Positions 42,765 through 52,700 of a stretch of DNA of 64,000 nt are shown one piece after another (within the stretch, counting starts at the first letter, position 1; each line of letters starts with the position of its first letter). The stretch covers positions 9,326-73,325 of the forward strand of contig DGHT01000058.1 of assembly GCA_002392765.1 (NCBI GenBank), in the 5' to 3' direction. Origin of the DNA: Verrucomicrobia bacterium UBA3841 (GTDB taxonomy: Bacteria > Verrucomicrobiota > Kiritimatiellia > RFP12 > UBA1067). A program made the translations under genes and the position numbers. The notes beneath the pieces were generated by a model. The model was not told the DNA's origin. It did not search any database and saw nothing but the letters and a program-made list of their open reading frames with translations.

Positions 42765-43955
42765 ATGAAGAAGGTACTTAAGTTCTTTTCTTTAGCGGTT
42801 CTTGCGGCTTTCGCCGGATGCGGCAAAGATGACACGGAAGTTGCGGTAAAAGAAGAATCTGGCCCGCAGCCGCAATCGGCTGCAGCGTCATCGGCTTCCA
42901 ATGATGTAACGCGGCAATCATCGCGTGAAGTGATGGAAGAGTTACTTGCGACCAGAGGAATTTGCCAGGGCGTGGATGTTGATAAAGGGAGGATCCTGGC
43001 TGTAGAATCGCGTGCCTTCTCCTTGAAAAAAGAAAAAAACAATTCTGTTGAGGAGACGTACGATTTTTCTGATGATTCAGAAGATGATTTTGAAACACTC
43101 CGATTCAAAACAGCTTGGAAGGCGTATGCCGACGGACTCGCTGAAATTGCACAAATGCTCGGTACTCAGATTTACGGCGAAACGGTAGAGAATAAAACGA
43201 ATCGAACAGTAGAGGACGCGTCGAACAGGGCTGAGATTCAGCACTCAATTGCTGACATAAGGCTTGATGGCATCGTGACGGTTGCAGCTACAGAATCATA
43301 CGACAAACAGGAAGAAGAATACGAATTTACAGTGGCTGTCTGCCAAAGTAGCAAACGGCAGAAACTATACAAGGATGGATTGCTGGGCGATGGTTCCAGT
43401 CCGCCAGGTCATTTTTCGTTGAAAGAATGGATTGACGAAAATTCTTCAATGGGCATAATCTGCCCGCAATCGTTTGTCGACAATGATGGTGTTTGGTGGC
43501 GTGTTGCCGGTGTGCCGATTGATCTCAGCGCTGGGCGCAACTCAAAGAAAGTAGCATTATTGTCCGAGAAGGCGAAGCGTTATGCCTACGAAGCGGCAAT
43601 CCGCACGATCTGGGTTGACGTATCCGCTTCCATGTCGCTCATGTCGACATTGTCTGTTTCTGCTGGCGGCGAATCTGAATGCAAGGAGAAGATTTCAAGG
43701 AAAGTCTGCATAAAGCCACTTCGCGACATTTTGCCGAGCGATCCATTCCGCGTCAAATGGCTGGAGTTTGACAAGGTTAACCCCATCACGGGCAAGCCGA
43801 TTCGCCTGATTGTTTGTGCAATTCGTGATGATGCCGGCGCCAGAGACGCAGAGAGGAAATTCTTTGCGGAGCGGCTTATAAAAGAGCGGCAAGAGGCTTA
43901 TGAGCGTGGCCGCAGAGATGCTGAACGGCTGATGCCTAAAAAGGAAAGTGATTAA
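42765..43955 (+). CDS. Lipoprotein, island paralog family member 3 (396 aa)
   Basis: Lipobox LAAFAGCG. Shared blocks are YEFTVAVCQSSK, DGVWWRVAGVPIDLS and PITGKPIRLIVCAIRD. Confidence 0.68.
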   Translation: MKKVLKFFSLAVLAAFAGCGKDDTEVAVKEESGPQPQSAAASSASNDVTRQSSREVMEELLATRGICQGVDVDKGRILAVESRAFSLKKEKNNSVEETYDFSDDSEDDFETLRFKTAWKAYADGLAEIAQMLGTQIYGETVENKTNRTVEDASNRAEIQHSIADIRLDGIVTVAATESYDKQEEEYEFTVAVCQSSKRQKLYKDGLLGDGSSPPGHFSLKEWIDENSSMGIICPQSFVDNDGVWWRVAGVPIDLSAGRNSKKVALLSEKAKRYAYEAAIRTIWVDVSASMSLMSTLSVSAGGESECKEKISRKVCIKPLRDILPSDPFRVKWLEFDKVNPITGKPIRLIVCAIRDDAGARDAERKFFAERLIKERQEAYERGRRDAERLMPKKESD

Positions 43956-43960
43956 ACTCT

Positions 43961-44947
43961 ATGAATCCGCTGCGCAATCAGAACATCAACTATCGGAAGG
44001 GGTGGTTCTTCGTCACCTTCCAGGTTGCGCACAACAAGACTGCGCTCGGCGTGGTGGCCGACAAGAAACTGACCCTCAACGCCCTTGGGCGCATGGTCGA
44101 TGAAAATCTGCGGAAGCTGGGCGCGCTGTTTCCCGAACTCGTCATCGACACCGCCATAGTGATGCCAAACCACGTGCATTTCGTTGTGAAGATCGAAAGC
44201 GCGGAGCATGATCTTTCATGGTTCATCGGCCGGTTCAAGTCTTTTACGGCCAACCAATACCAGAAGATGGCCAAGGCCGGGGAGTGCGTGGACATAGGGC
44301 CGAGCCTCTGGCAGGGCAGCTACTACGACAACCTCGTGAGCAGTCATGACGAGCTGGAGAATATTCGACGCTACATCCTGCGCAATCCGGAGCGCTGGGA
44401 AGACGACCGCTTCGGTCCGGTGACAGCGAACGTATTTGGCAACGTGGAGCTGTTGAACGGCAGTCTGGCGGCTTTCGTGGCCTCCGATACGCGAGACAAC
44501 TGGCGGGCGGAGAAGCCGCACTTGCGCTCCGTGCGCGAACTGCTTGGCCGCGAGCCAATCGGGCGGGAGGCGCCGCTCGTCTCGACTTTCACAAGCTTTG
44601 AGGAGCAAGGCGCGCTTGCGCGGCGGCTGTCGGAACGGTTGCCGTTTATTTGGGTTGATCCGGCGGGAATCAAGGCAAATCTGCCTGCTGCCGTGCGAGC
44701 GGCGTGCGCGGAAGGCTGGGGGCTGGTGATCTCGCCGGTACCTTCAGGAACCGGCGTAAACAAGCAGCGGGCGGTATGGTGCAACCGCTGGGTGCTGAAG
44801 GTGGCGTTGCGGATTTATGTGGGGAGTATCAAGAAGGGGGGGACGCTGGAGACTCTCCTGTCCCCGGCACGGAGGCCGGGGACCCACGATATTGGGAATC
44901 CCCGGCACGGAGGCCGGGGACCACGATATTGGGAAAGTTCAGCCTAA
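43961..44947 (+). CDS. RAYT-like HUH/Y1 transposase with a ~170-aa C-terminal extension of unknown function
   Basis: WFFVTFQVAH, HUH motif VMPNHVHFVVKI, LWQGSYYDNLV and the Tyr motif RRYILRNPERW, followed by an unmatched C-terminal region. The last ~30 codons read through REP hairpins, so the true stop is uncertain. The start lies 5 nt after the island's last gene. Confidence 0.7.
   Translation: MNPLRNQNINYRKGWFFVTFQVAHNKTALGVVADKKLTLNALGRMVDENLRKLGALFPELVIDTAIVMPNHVHFVVKIESAEHDLSWFIGRFKSFTANQYQKMAKAGECVDIGPSLWQGSYYDNLVSSHDELENIRRYILRNPERWEDDRFGPVTANVFGNVELLNGSLAAFVASDTRDNWRAEKPHLRSVRELLGREPIGREAPLVSTFTSFEEQGALARRLSERLPFIWVDPAGIKANLPAAVRAACAEGWGLVISPVPSGTGVNKQRAVWCNRWVLKVALRIYVGSIKKGGTLETLLSPARRPGTHDIGNPRHGGRGPRYWESSA
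44862..44934 (+). repeat. Second REP family: two tandem ~36-nt units CCCCGGCACGGAGGCCGGGGACC(C)ACGATATTGGGAA
   Basis: Each unit has a CCCCGGC-acggag-GCCGGGG hairpin. The units start at 44862 and 44900. A further GGGGTGGGC-ctcagt-GCCCGCCCC hairpin lies at about 44964-44987. Confidence 0.85.
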
Positions 44948-45006
44948 AATTTATAATATCGTAGGGGTGGGCCTCAGTGCCCGCCCCAAGGAAAGGAGAA
45001 ATAAAG

Positions 45007-45534
45007 ATGAAAAAAATCACTATGATGGCGGCGATTGCCGCTTCCATCGCGGCAATGGCGCAGCCGGTCACGCCCGAGACAGGGGTCGCGAACGACCACA
45101 CCGGAACCGCAGGGGGCGCCACGGGCGTGGTGTTCGTTCCGCGCACGGCGGAGACCGGGTACGGCTACGACGACGGCATGACCGTCATCGGATTGACATT
45201 CCTCCCGTGGGCGGCGCCGAACTCGTCCTGGGATGTCACGGGCGTTCGCATGAACCTCGGCTGGGGCGCATACCGCGACACGTCTGCGTTTGACTTTGGG
45301 GTGTTCTCCGCCAGCCGCAGCGCAAGCGGAATCTTTTTCAACCTCTTCGGGAACTATGCGACGGCCGGGGCGACGGGCTGGCAGACGGGTCTCGTAAACG
45401 TGGTCGACGACCGGATGAGCGGGCTTCAGATCGGTCTCGTCAACTACGCGGAGCGGCTGTGCGGCGTACAGATCGGCCTGCTGAACTTTGCGCATTCGCA
45501 GCATTTCTTCCCGATCGTCAACATCGCCTGGTAG
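45007..45534 (+). CDS. Secreted surface-repeat protein with G-x-Q-I/T-G-L-V/L-N repeats
   Basis: Signal peptide MKKITMMAAIAASIAAMA and a C-terminal WQTGLVNVV..SGLQIGLVNYA..CGVQIGLLNFA. AAGGAG RBS. Confidence 0.6.
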   Translation: MKKITMMAAIAASIAAMAQPVTPETGVANDHTGTAGGATGVVFVPRTAETGYGYDDGMTVIGLTFLPWAAPNSSWDVTGVRMNLGWGAYRDTSAFDFGVFSASRSASGIFFNLFGNYATAGATGWQTGLVNVVDDRMSGLQIGLVNYAERLCGVQIGLLNFAHSQHFFPIVNIAW

Positions 45535-45540
45535 AAGGCA

Positions 45541-46992
45541 ATGGCGATGAATACCTGGAGAATATCCGCCGTCGCGTTCGCGCTTGCGTGCGCAGCCGGG
45601 TGCCGCACGGTGAAGGATGTAATCAACGACTACGATGCAGCCATCGCGTCCGGCGATTATGTCAAGCCGATAGCCGAGACGTCGGAGCTGGCCGGCAAGA
45701 GCGGCGATACGCAGCTGCTGTGGCAGCTTCTCGCCGGTTCTGCGATGTACATGGCCGACGACAAGGACGGCGCGCGCCGGATGTTCGACGCGGCGGAGGC
45801 GTCCTTCGCAAGGAACGACACCGTCTCGGTGTTCGCCCAAGGCGGCGAAGGGGCGCTTGCGATGATGACGAACGACCGGGTGTTCTCGTATGACGGCGGC
45901 GGACAGGACCGCATATTCACCTGCCTGTACAAGTCGATCGACATGATGGCATCCGGGGACGCCGCCGGTGCGCGCGTGGAACTCAACCGCGCTTCGAGAT
46001 ACCAGGCGAACTGGCTATACGACCGCCGGAAGGACATCGACGCCGCGGCGAAGAAGATGGAGGAAGACGCCAATGCGTACGCAAAACAGCAGAAAGCGGG
46101 GTCCCAGGAAGACCGTTCGCGCCATGTGGCTGCGGCGATGAAGGATTCGTCCTTCTGCGCCGACATCAAGGAGAAGTGCAACTTCGACCCGGCGACGTCC
46201 GGCGACTTGAACGTCCTTGCGCCCAAGGATTACATGAACGTCTACGCGGCGCACCTGACCGGGGTGTTCCGCTGGCTGAACGGCGACAGCGACCAGAACC
46301 ACCTCCGCGACGCAGCCGCGCTGGCGCCCGGCTGCGCGACGGCCGCGCGCGACCGCAAAGAGCTGGCCGCCGGTGTCCGTCCGTCCAACCAGGTCTGGAT
46401 ATACGTCGAGGACGGCTTGTGTCCGTGCCGCGAGGAGTGGCGGCTGGACCTGCCGCTCGTCCTTATACCGTACTTGAACAAATACATAATGTACGCGGGG
46501 ATGGCGCTTCCGTATCTGCGCTTCCGCGAGCACGGCGCCGTCTCCTGGTCGGTGCGGTCGGGCGGAGAAGCCGTGCAGATGGAGCGGCTGGCGGATGTCG
46601 ACGCCCTGATGAAGACCGAATACGACGTCTACATGCGCGGGGCGCTGGCGCGCGAGATAACGCGCGTCATCGTAAAAGCCAGCGTCCAGGTGGCGCTCGG
46701 AGTGACGGCCGAGAACGTGTCCGACAACTACACAAAGATAGCTCTCCGGGCCTCGCAGGCGGGGGCTGCCGTATGGGCGGCGTCGGTGACTGCGGCGGAC
46801 ATGCGCTGCTGGACTTCCCTTCCCAAGACCGTGAAGGTGGCGCGCGTGGACCGTCCGGACGACGGACATCTGGAGATACTCGCCGATGCGCAGCGCATCG
46901 AGCTTGACCTTCCGCCCGGCAACGCGATCGTGTTTGTCCGCAAGCCCGGCCCCCTGGCCGTCCCTTCCGTGAAGACTGCGGTTTTCAAGTGA
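45541..46992 (+). CDS. Conserved hypothetical lipoprotein (483 aa)
   Basis: Lipobox FALACAAGC. The N-terminal half is helical and TPR-like, and there is no catalytic motif I can name. Confidence 0.55.
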   Translation: MAMNTWRISAVAFALACAAGCRTVKDVINDYDAAIASGDYVKPIAETSELAGKSGDTQLLWQLLAGSAMYMADDKDGARRMFDAAEASFARNDTVSVFAQGGEGALAMMTNDRVFSYDGGGQDRIFTCLYKSIDMMASGDAAGARVELNRASRYQANWLYDRRKDIDAAAKKMEEDANAYAKQQKAGSQEDRSRHVAAAMKDSSFCADIKEKCNFDPATSGDLNVLAPKDYMNVYAAHLTGVFRWLNGDSDQNHLRDAAALAPGCATAARDRKELAAGVRPSNQVWIYVEDGLCPCREEWRLDLPLVLIPYLNKYIMYAGMALPYLRFREHGAVSWSVRSGGEAVQMERLADVDALMKTEYDVYMRGALAREITRVIVKASVQVALGVTAENVSDNYTKIALRASQAGAAVWAASVTAADMRCWTSLPKTVKVARVDRPDDGHLEILADAQRIELDLPPGNAIVFVRKPGPLAVPSVKTAVFK

Positions 46993-47047
46993 GGCCTTTG
47001 CCGCGAGGAATTTGCGAAAATTCCCTATTGCGCGCAGGCGTGTTTTT

Positions 47048-47056
47048 TGATATAAT
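47048..47056 (+). promoter_or_regulatory. Extended -10 box TGATATAAT upstream of rpsB
   Basis: Read directly, with an ~100-nt leader before the rpsB ATG. Confidence 0.45.
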
Positions 47057-47163
47057 TTTATCTATTCCGTCCGAGTGGGCGGGATGAAGTGAATGATCCG
47101 GGGTAGTCCATCCCCGGACAAAACGGATTGAGTCAACCTCTGAAAGACCAAGGAGAAAACAAA

Positions 47164-48216
47164 ATGGAAATGCCGACATCCGCCCTTACGGGCATCACGC
47201 TCAAAGACATGTTCGATGCAGGACTGCACTTCGGACACCAGACCAAGCGCTGGAATCCCAAGATGAGGGATTATATTTTCGACAAGCGCAACGGAATCCA
47301 CATCATCGACCTTACGCAGACGGTCGCCATGCTCGACGAAGCGGCGCAGTTCCTGCGCGACACCGTCCTCGCCGGAAAGCACATCCTTTTCGTCGCCACC
47401 AAGAAGCAGGTTTCCGAAATGGTCAAGGACGCCGCGACGTCCGTCGGCGAATTCTACATCACCGAGCGCTGGCTCGGCGGCACGCTCACCAACTCCAAGA
47501 CGATCCGTTCTTCCGTCAAGCGCATGATGCAGCTCCAGGCGACGGCCAAGGCCAACGGCGGCGAGCTTTCCGAGCACAAGCAGGAGGCTTCTATGCTCAG
47601 GCGCGAACTCAACAAGCTTGAAAAGAACCTGACCGGCATCGCCGAGATGGCCGAGCAGCCCGGCGCGGTCGTCATCATCGACGTGGTCCGCGAGGCCAAT
47701 GCCGTCAAGGAGGCGATCAAGCTGGGAATCCCGGTCGTCGCCATCGTCGACACGAACGCCAACCCCGAGCCGATCGACTACGTGATCCCCGGCAACGACG
47801 ATTCCGTGCGCGGCGTCGAACTCATCCTCAACGGGCTTGTCAAGGTTATCAAGACCGCTTCCGACGAATACGGCGCGAAAGTCGCCGAGGACAACCGCAA
47901 GCGCGAGGCCGAGAGGGCGAAGCGCGAAGAGGCGGAGAAGGCCGCGCGCGCCGAGCGCAAGGCGAAATCCTCGTCCGCGAAGGAGACGAAGCGCGCTCCC
48001 CAGAAGAAGGCCCAGGTCGCGATGAACGTGAAGGCGGCGGCCCGCGCGGCGAAGGAAGCCGCCGAGGCGAAGGCGAAGGCCGAACTCGAAGCGAAGCGCC
48101 AGGCGGCGGTCCAGGAAGCCGCGGCTGCGGCAGCGGCCGCAACCGCAGCGCCTGCGGCAGTCGAGGCGGCTCCCGCCGCCGAGGCTCCTGCAGCGGAGGC
48201 TCCCAAGGCCGAGTAA
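47164..48216 (+). CDS. rpsB: 30S ribosomal protein S2 with a ~110-aa Ala/Glu/Lys-rich C-terminal extension
   Basis: LKDMFDAGLHFGHQTKRWNPKM and WLGGTLTN are canonical S2 strings. AAGGAG RBS. The tail is EDNRKREAERAKREEAEKAARAERKAK....AAEAPKAE. Confidence 0.95.
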   Translation: MEMPTSALTGITLKDMFDAGLHFGHQTKRWNPKMRDYIFDKRNGIHIIDLTQTVAMLDEAAQFLRDTVLAGKHILFVATKKQVSEMVKDAATSVGEFYITERWLGGTLTNSKTIRSSVKRMMQLQATAKANGGELSEHKQEASMLRRELNKLEKNLTGIAEMAEQPGAVVIIDVVREANAVKEAIKLGIPVVAIVDTNANPEPIDYVIPGNDDSVRGVELILNGLVKVIKTASDEYGAKVAEDNRKREAERAKREEAEKAARAERKAKSSSAKETKRAPQKKAQVAMNVKAAARAAKEAAEAKAKAELEAKRQAAVQEAAAAAAAATAAPAAVEAAPAAEAPAAEAPKAE

Positions 48217-48250
48217 AGCAGGACAACAAGGAAAAGAAAGGTTTAGAACA

Positions 48251-49099
48251 ATGGCTATCACCATTCAGATGATCAAGGAGCTGCGCGAAGCGACCGCAGC
48301 GGGCATGGGCGCGTGCAAGGAGGCGCTGACCGCCACGGGCGGCAACATGGAAGAGGCCGTCAAGTACCTTCGCGAGAAGGGCCTTGCGGTCGCGGCCAAG
48401 CGCGTCGACAAGGAGTCCAAGCAGGGAATCGTCCAGCTCGCGAAGGCGGCCGACGGCAAGAGCATGGCTCTCGCCGAGATCAATTGCGAGACCGACTTCG
48501 TCGCCAAGACGGAGGCTTTCATCAAGTTCGTCGACGATGCGGCGAAGGTCGCCCTCGAAGGCAAGGACATCGAGCAGACGCTCAACGACGACTACAAGAT
48601 GCTCCTCACCAAGACGGGCGAGAACGTCAAGATCCGCCGCGCCGAGAGATACGTCCTGGAGGGTACGGGCGTTCTTTCCGGCTATATCCACATGGGCGGC
48701 AAGATCGGCGTCCTCGTCGAGCTCTCCACGCCGTGCGAGAAGTGCGCGGCGTCGCCGGAACTTGCGGAGGCCGCCCACATGATCTGCCTGCAGATCGCCG
48801 CCAACGCGCCCAAGTACGTCAATCCCGAAGACGTTCCCCAGGCCGAGATCGACGCGGAGCTCGAGATCAAGCTCAACGCCCTCAAAGAGCAGAAGGGCAA
48901 GCTTCCTCCCGAGCAGGCGCTCGTCGGAATCAAGAAGGGCATGGCCGCCAAGTACTGCACGCAGATATGCCTTATGAAGCAGGACTACGTGGCCGACGGG
49001 GAAATGACGGTCGAGGCGTATCTCGCCTCCGTGTCCAAGGCCTGCGGCGGCGCACCGATTACGGTGAAGCGTTTCTGCCGCATGCAGCTTGGCGCCTGA
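48251..49099 (+). CDS. tsf: Elongation factor Ts
   Basis: IKELREATAAGMGACKEALTATGGNMEEAVKYLREKG, a UBA-like N-terminus, in rpsB-tsf synteny. Confidence 0.95.
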   Translation: MAITIQMIKELREATAAGMGACKEALTATGGNMEEAVKYLREKGLAVAAKRVDKESKQGIVQLAKAADGKSMALAEINCETDFVAKTEAFIKFVDDAAKVALEGKDIEQTLNDDYKMLLTKTGENVKIRRAERYVLEGTGVLSGYIHMGGKIGVLVELSTPCEKCAASPELAEAAHMICLQIAANAPKYVNPEDVPQAEIDAELEIKLNALKEQKGKLPPEQALVGIKKGMAAKYCTQICLMKQDYVADGEMTVEAYLASVSKACGGAPITVKRFCRMQLGA

Positions 49100-49193
49100 C
49101 CGCCGATCCCATCGCGAGACCGCCCTGCTGCAGTCCGGTGCCAAGGCCGGCGCGGCGGGGCGTTTTCGCTTTCACGGGGGGATGGAGAGAAAT

Positions 49194-49700
49194 ATGGCGG
49201 GCGGGAAACGCGTCATAGCCGTAAGACCGGCGACTCTGAAGGATGCCGAAAGCATATTCGCGCTGATCCACCTGAACCGGGACATGCTTGTCCAGCGTTC
49301 GCTGGGGAACATTGTCGAAAACATCGACAGGTTCACCGTGGCGTCGAGAGGCGGGGACGTGATAGGATGCGCGACCTACCAGATCCATCCGGAGATCGGG
49401 AAAAGCGATGTCGCCTCCGTTGAGATACAGTCCGTCGCCGTCCGCCGCCCCTACAGGCGCTCCGGCGTGGGGACGCGTCTCGTGGAAGCCGTGATCTCGC
49501 GCGCTTCGGCGGCGGAACCGGCCGAGTTCGTCGTGCTCACGTTCGCGCCGGAGTTCTTCGCGGCGCTCGGTTTTTCGGAAATCCCGAAGACGAAAGTGAT
49601 GCACAAGCTCTACACGGGCTGCATAAACTGCACCAGGCACCGCGATCCTTTCACCTGCCCCGAAATCGCCATGGTCAGGAAATCCGCCGGCCGGCGGTGA
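49194..49700 (+). CDS. GNAT-family N-acetyltransferase
   Basis: IQSVAVRRPYRRSGVGTRLVEAV is the acetyl-CoA motif A (R/Q-x-x-G-x-G/A). The ATG at 49194 follows GGAGAG. The longer ORF overlaps tsf. Confidence 0.75.
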   Translation: MAGGKRVIAVRPATLKDAESIFALIHLNRDMLVQRSLGNIVENIDRFTVASRGGDVIGCATYQIHPEIGKSDVASVEIQSVAVRRPYRRSGVGTRLVEAVISRASAAEPAEFVVLTFAPEFFAALGFSEIPKTKVMHKLYTGCINCTRHRDPFTCPEIAMVRKSAGRR

Positions 49701-49740
49701 CCGGTACGGCAGCATGTACAGAATCGAAACAAAGGGACAC

Positions 49741-52700
49741 ATGACTGTGAAGCACTTTATCTCATTGATGTTTGCGGCGTTTTGCGCGACGGCGCTTGCC
49801 GCGCGCGATTTCTCCGGAATATTCCTCGGGGCGTGCCCCAGCGTTTCGGCGGACGGATCCAGGTTCGTCTTTGAATGGAACGACTCCATCTGGGTCGCAT
49901 CGACGTCCGGCGGAACGGCGCGCTGCCTCACGCCGGCGGAGACGCAGGAGTCGCGTCCGATGATTTCCCCCGACGGCAAACGCGTCTATTTCGTGTCCAA
50001 CCGCGACGGCGGCGGAAAGCTTTTCGCGCTCGACATGGAAACGTCGTCCGTGCGCCAGATCACACGCCATTCCGAGCTTACCGTGCCGTATTCCGTCGCT
50101 CCCGACCGCGAAAGCATTGTCTGCGTCGTCCTGCGCGACGCGGGGCGCGTCGAGACGGCCTACCGGGCCGCCCTCGTCACTCCGGACGGAAGCGAAAGGA
50201 TTCTCATGGAGAACGTCAACGCCTTCGAGCCGGTGGTGTCGCCCGACGGTTCCAGGCTCGCCTTCACATGGAGGGAGGATTCCATATACCGCAAGCGCCG
50301 GCACGGCAGGTCCTCCAAGGACCGCGAGATCTGGATATACGACTTCGTCACCGGAACGTATTCGAAGCTTCCGACGGCGGCGTACAGCGCCTTTTCCGCA
50401 AGGTGGCGTCCCGACGGAAGGGCGCTCTACTATCTGGGAAGGGCGGAAGGCGAATCAGTGGCGTCCGTGCGCGAGTATTCGTTCGAGACGGGCAAGGACA
50501 GGAAGGTCGTCTCGTTCGGCGACGACGCCGCGTTCCAGCCGACGCTGTCGGTCGACGGCAAGACGATGGTCGTCAGGGCCGGTTTCGATTTCTGGCGTCT
50601 CGATCCCACGCAGGAGAACCCGCTGCCGCGCGTGATACCGCTGAAGCCGGACTCCTATCCTCCGCGCCTGTCCGGCACGTACCGCAGGTTCTACGACAGG
50701 GCGTGGAACGGCGACGGATACGGCGACATGAACTTCACCAGCGAAGGCAGGGAAGTCGCCTTCACATGCGGCGGCGCGCTTTACGTCATGGATACGGTAG
50801 TCAGGAACCCGCGGCTCGTCGCCGAGGAGAGCGTCGCGTGGATAAGGGAATGCTACTTCACCCCGGACGCCAGGCGTCTCTACTATCTCGTGAACCGCGG
50901 CGACGGCTCCGCGATATGCTACGCCGAACGCGAGGACGGATCGCTGCCTTGGTGGGAGAATACGGCTTTCAGGAAAACGAAACTGGTCGACGACGATACC
51001 GTGCGCTCCGGTCTTACCGTATCGCCCGACGGCACCCGTCTGGCGTGGGCCGACGCGCTCGGGACGTACACGTTCTGCGGCATCGACGGGGGGGATGTCG
51101 CATACGGTCCCAAGGCGACGGGAGCGGGCGGATATTCGTGGAGCCCGGACTCGAAGTACATCGCCACCGAACTGATCGACGCCAACGGCAATTCCGACGT
51201 CTGGATTCTCGCGACGGACGGTGCGCGCGAACCGTTCAACCTGTCGCGCAACTGCCGCTGGGACGGGACGCCGGCGTGGAGTCCCGACGGCAAGATAATA
51301 GCCTGGTCCGGGGACCGCATAGGAAGCGATCTGCATGAAATCTCGTACGTCTATCTCGATCCGGCGGACGAAGTCGCGGACAAGCAGGGGGACATAACGC
51401 GCTCGCGCAGGCAGATATGCCCCGTCGACGCGGCGGACGGCGCGCCTGCGGACGGCGTGCGGTACAATATCGATTTCGACACGCTCCAGTCCCGCATAAG
51501 GCGCACGGGAATCAAGGGGGTCCTCCCGTTTTTCTCCCACGACTCCAGGACGCTCGCGTACAACAGCGGTTCGCAGACGGACTGCGTCACGATACCTTCG
51601 TCGATGACGCCGCGCAAACTTTCCTCAAACACCGGCACGTTCCCGAAATGGTTCGCAAGCAACGACTGCCTTACATGGTCCGTCGACGGCCGCCCGGCCC
51701 ATCTTGACAACATATTCCACTTCAAGGTCTACCGCGAGGACAACCTTGCCGACTTCCGGCTTCTCGCGTTCAGAATCGCATGGGGCAGGCTCCGCGACAG
51801 GTTCTACGACACCCGGTTCCGCGGACTCGACTGGAAGGCCGTCGAACGCAAGTACGAGGACGCCGCGAGAAATGCTTCGAGCTATTCCGTCTTCCAGCGC
51901 GTGATGAACATGATGCTCGGCGAGATGGACGCCTCCCACACCGGTTTCTACAAATCGGCCGATGTGGAGAAAGAGTGGATCAGAAATCCGCCCGTGCACC
52001 GCTGGGAGAAGGTGACGTGCCATCTCGGTCTCGTTTTCGAACCCGGAACGTTCAAGGTCGCACGCGTTATCGAAGGGTCTCCTGCGGAGAACATCGTATT
52101 CCCGGGCGAAACGGTGCTTTCCATCGACGGAGCGCCGCTCGTTCCCGGCCAGACGCGGATCGAAGACCTGCTCGAGTCGGTCGCCGGACATGTATTCCAG
52201 CTCGCGGTCGAAGGGCGCGGCGAGCCCGTCCACGTCAAAGGGTCGACCTACTCGTCGATCCGCGGTCTCGTGGCGGCGGAAAAGGAGCGCGGGCGGCGCA
52301 AACGCGTCCACGAAGCGACCGGCGGCAGAATCGGATACGTGGCCGTCAGCCAGATGGACGTGGCGAACTACAACAAGTTCGAAGAGGAGATTTTCTCCGA
52401 GGCGTGGGGCAAGGACGCTCTCGTGATAGACCTTCGCGGAAACCTCGGCGGTTTCACGGGCGACAGGCTCCTTTCCATCGTGTGCGGCCCCGACCACTCG
52501 TTCGCCAGAAGCCCCAACGGCCTGACGGGATATCTTTTCTCCTACTGGACGAAGCCGATATTCTCGAAGCCGATATGCGTGATCGTCGACGAGAGGACGC
52601 AGTCGAACGGGGAAATATTCACCCACGCGATCAAAACGCTCGGGCGCGGCAAGGTCGTCGGACGCCAGACGGCCGGCGAAGTGATTGCCACGTACGAGAA

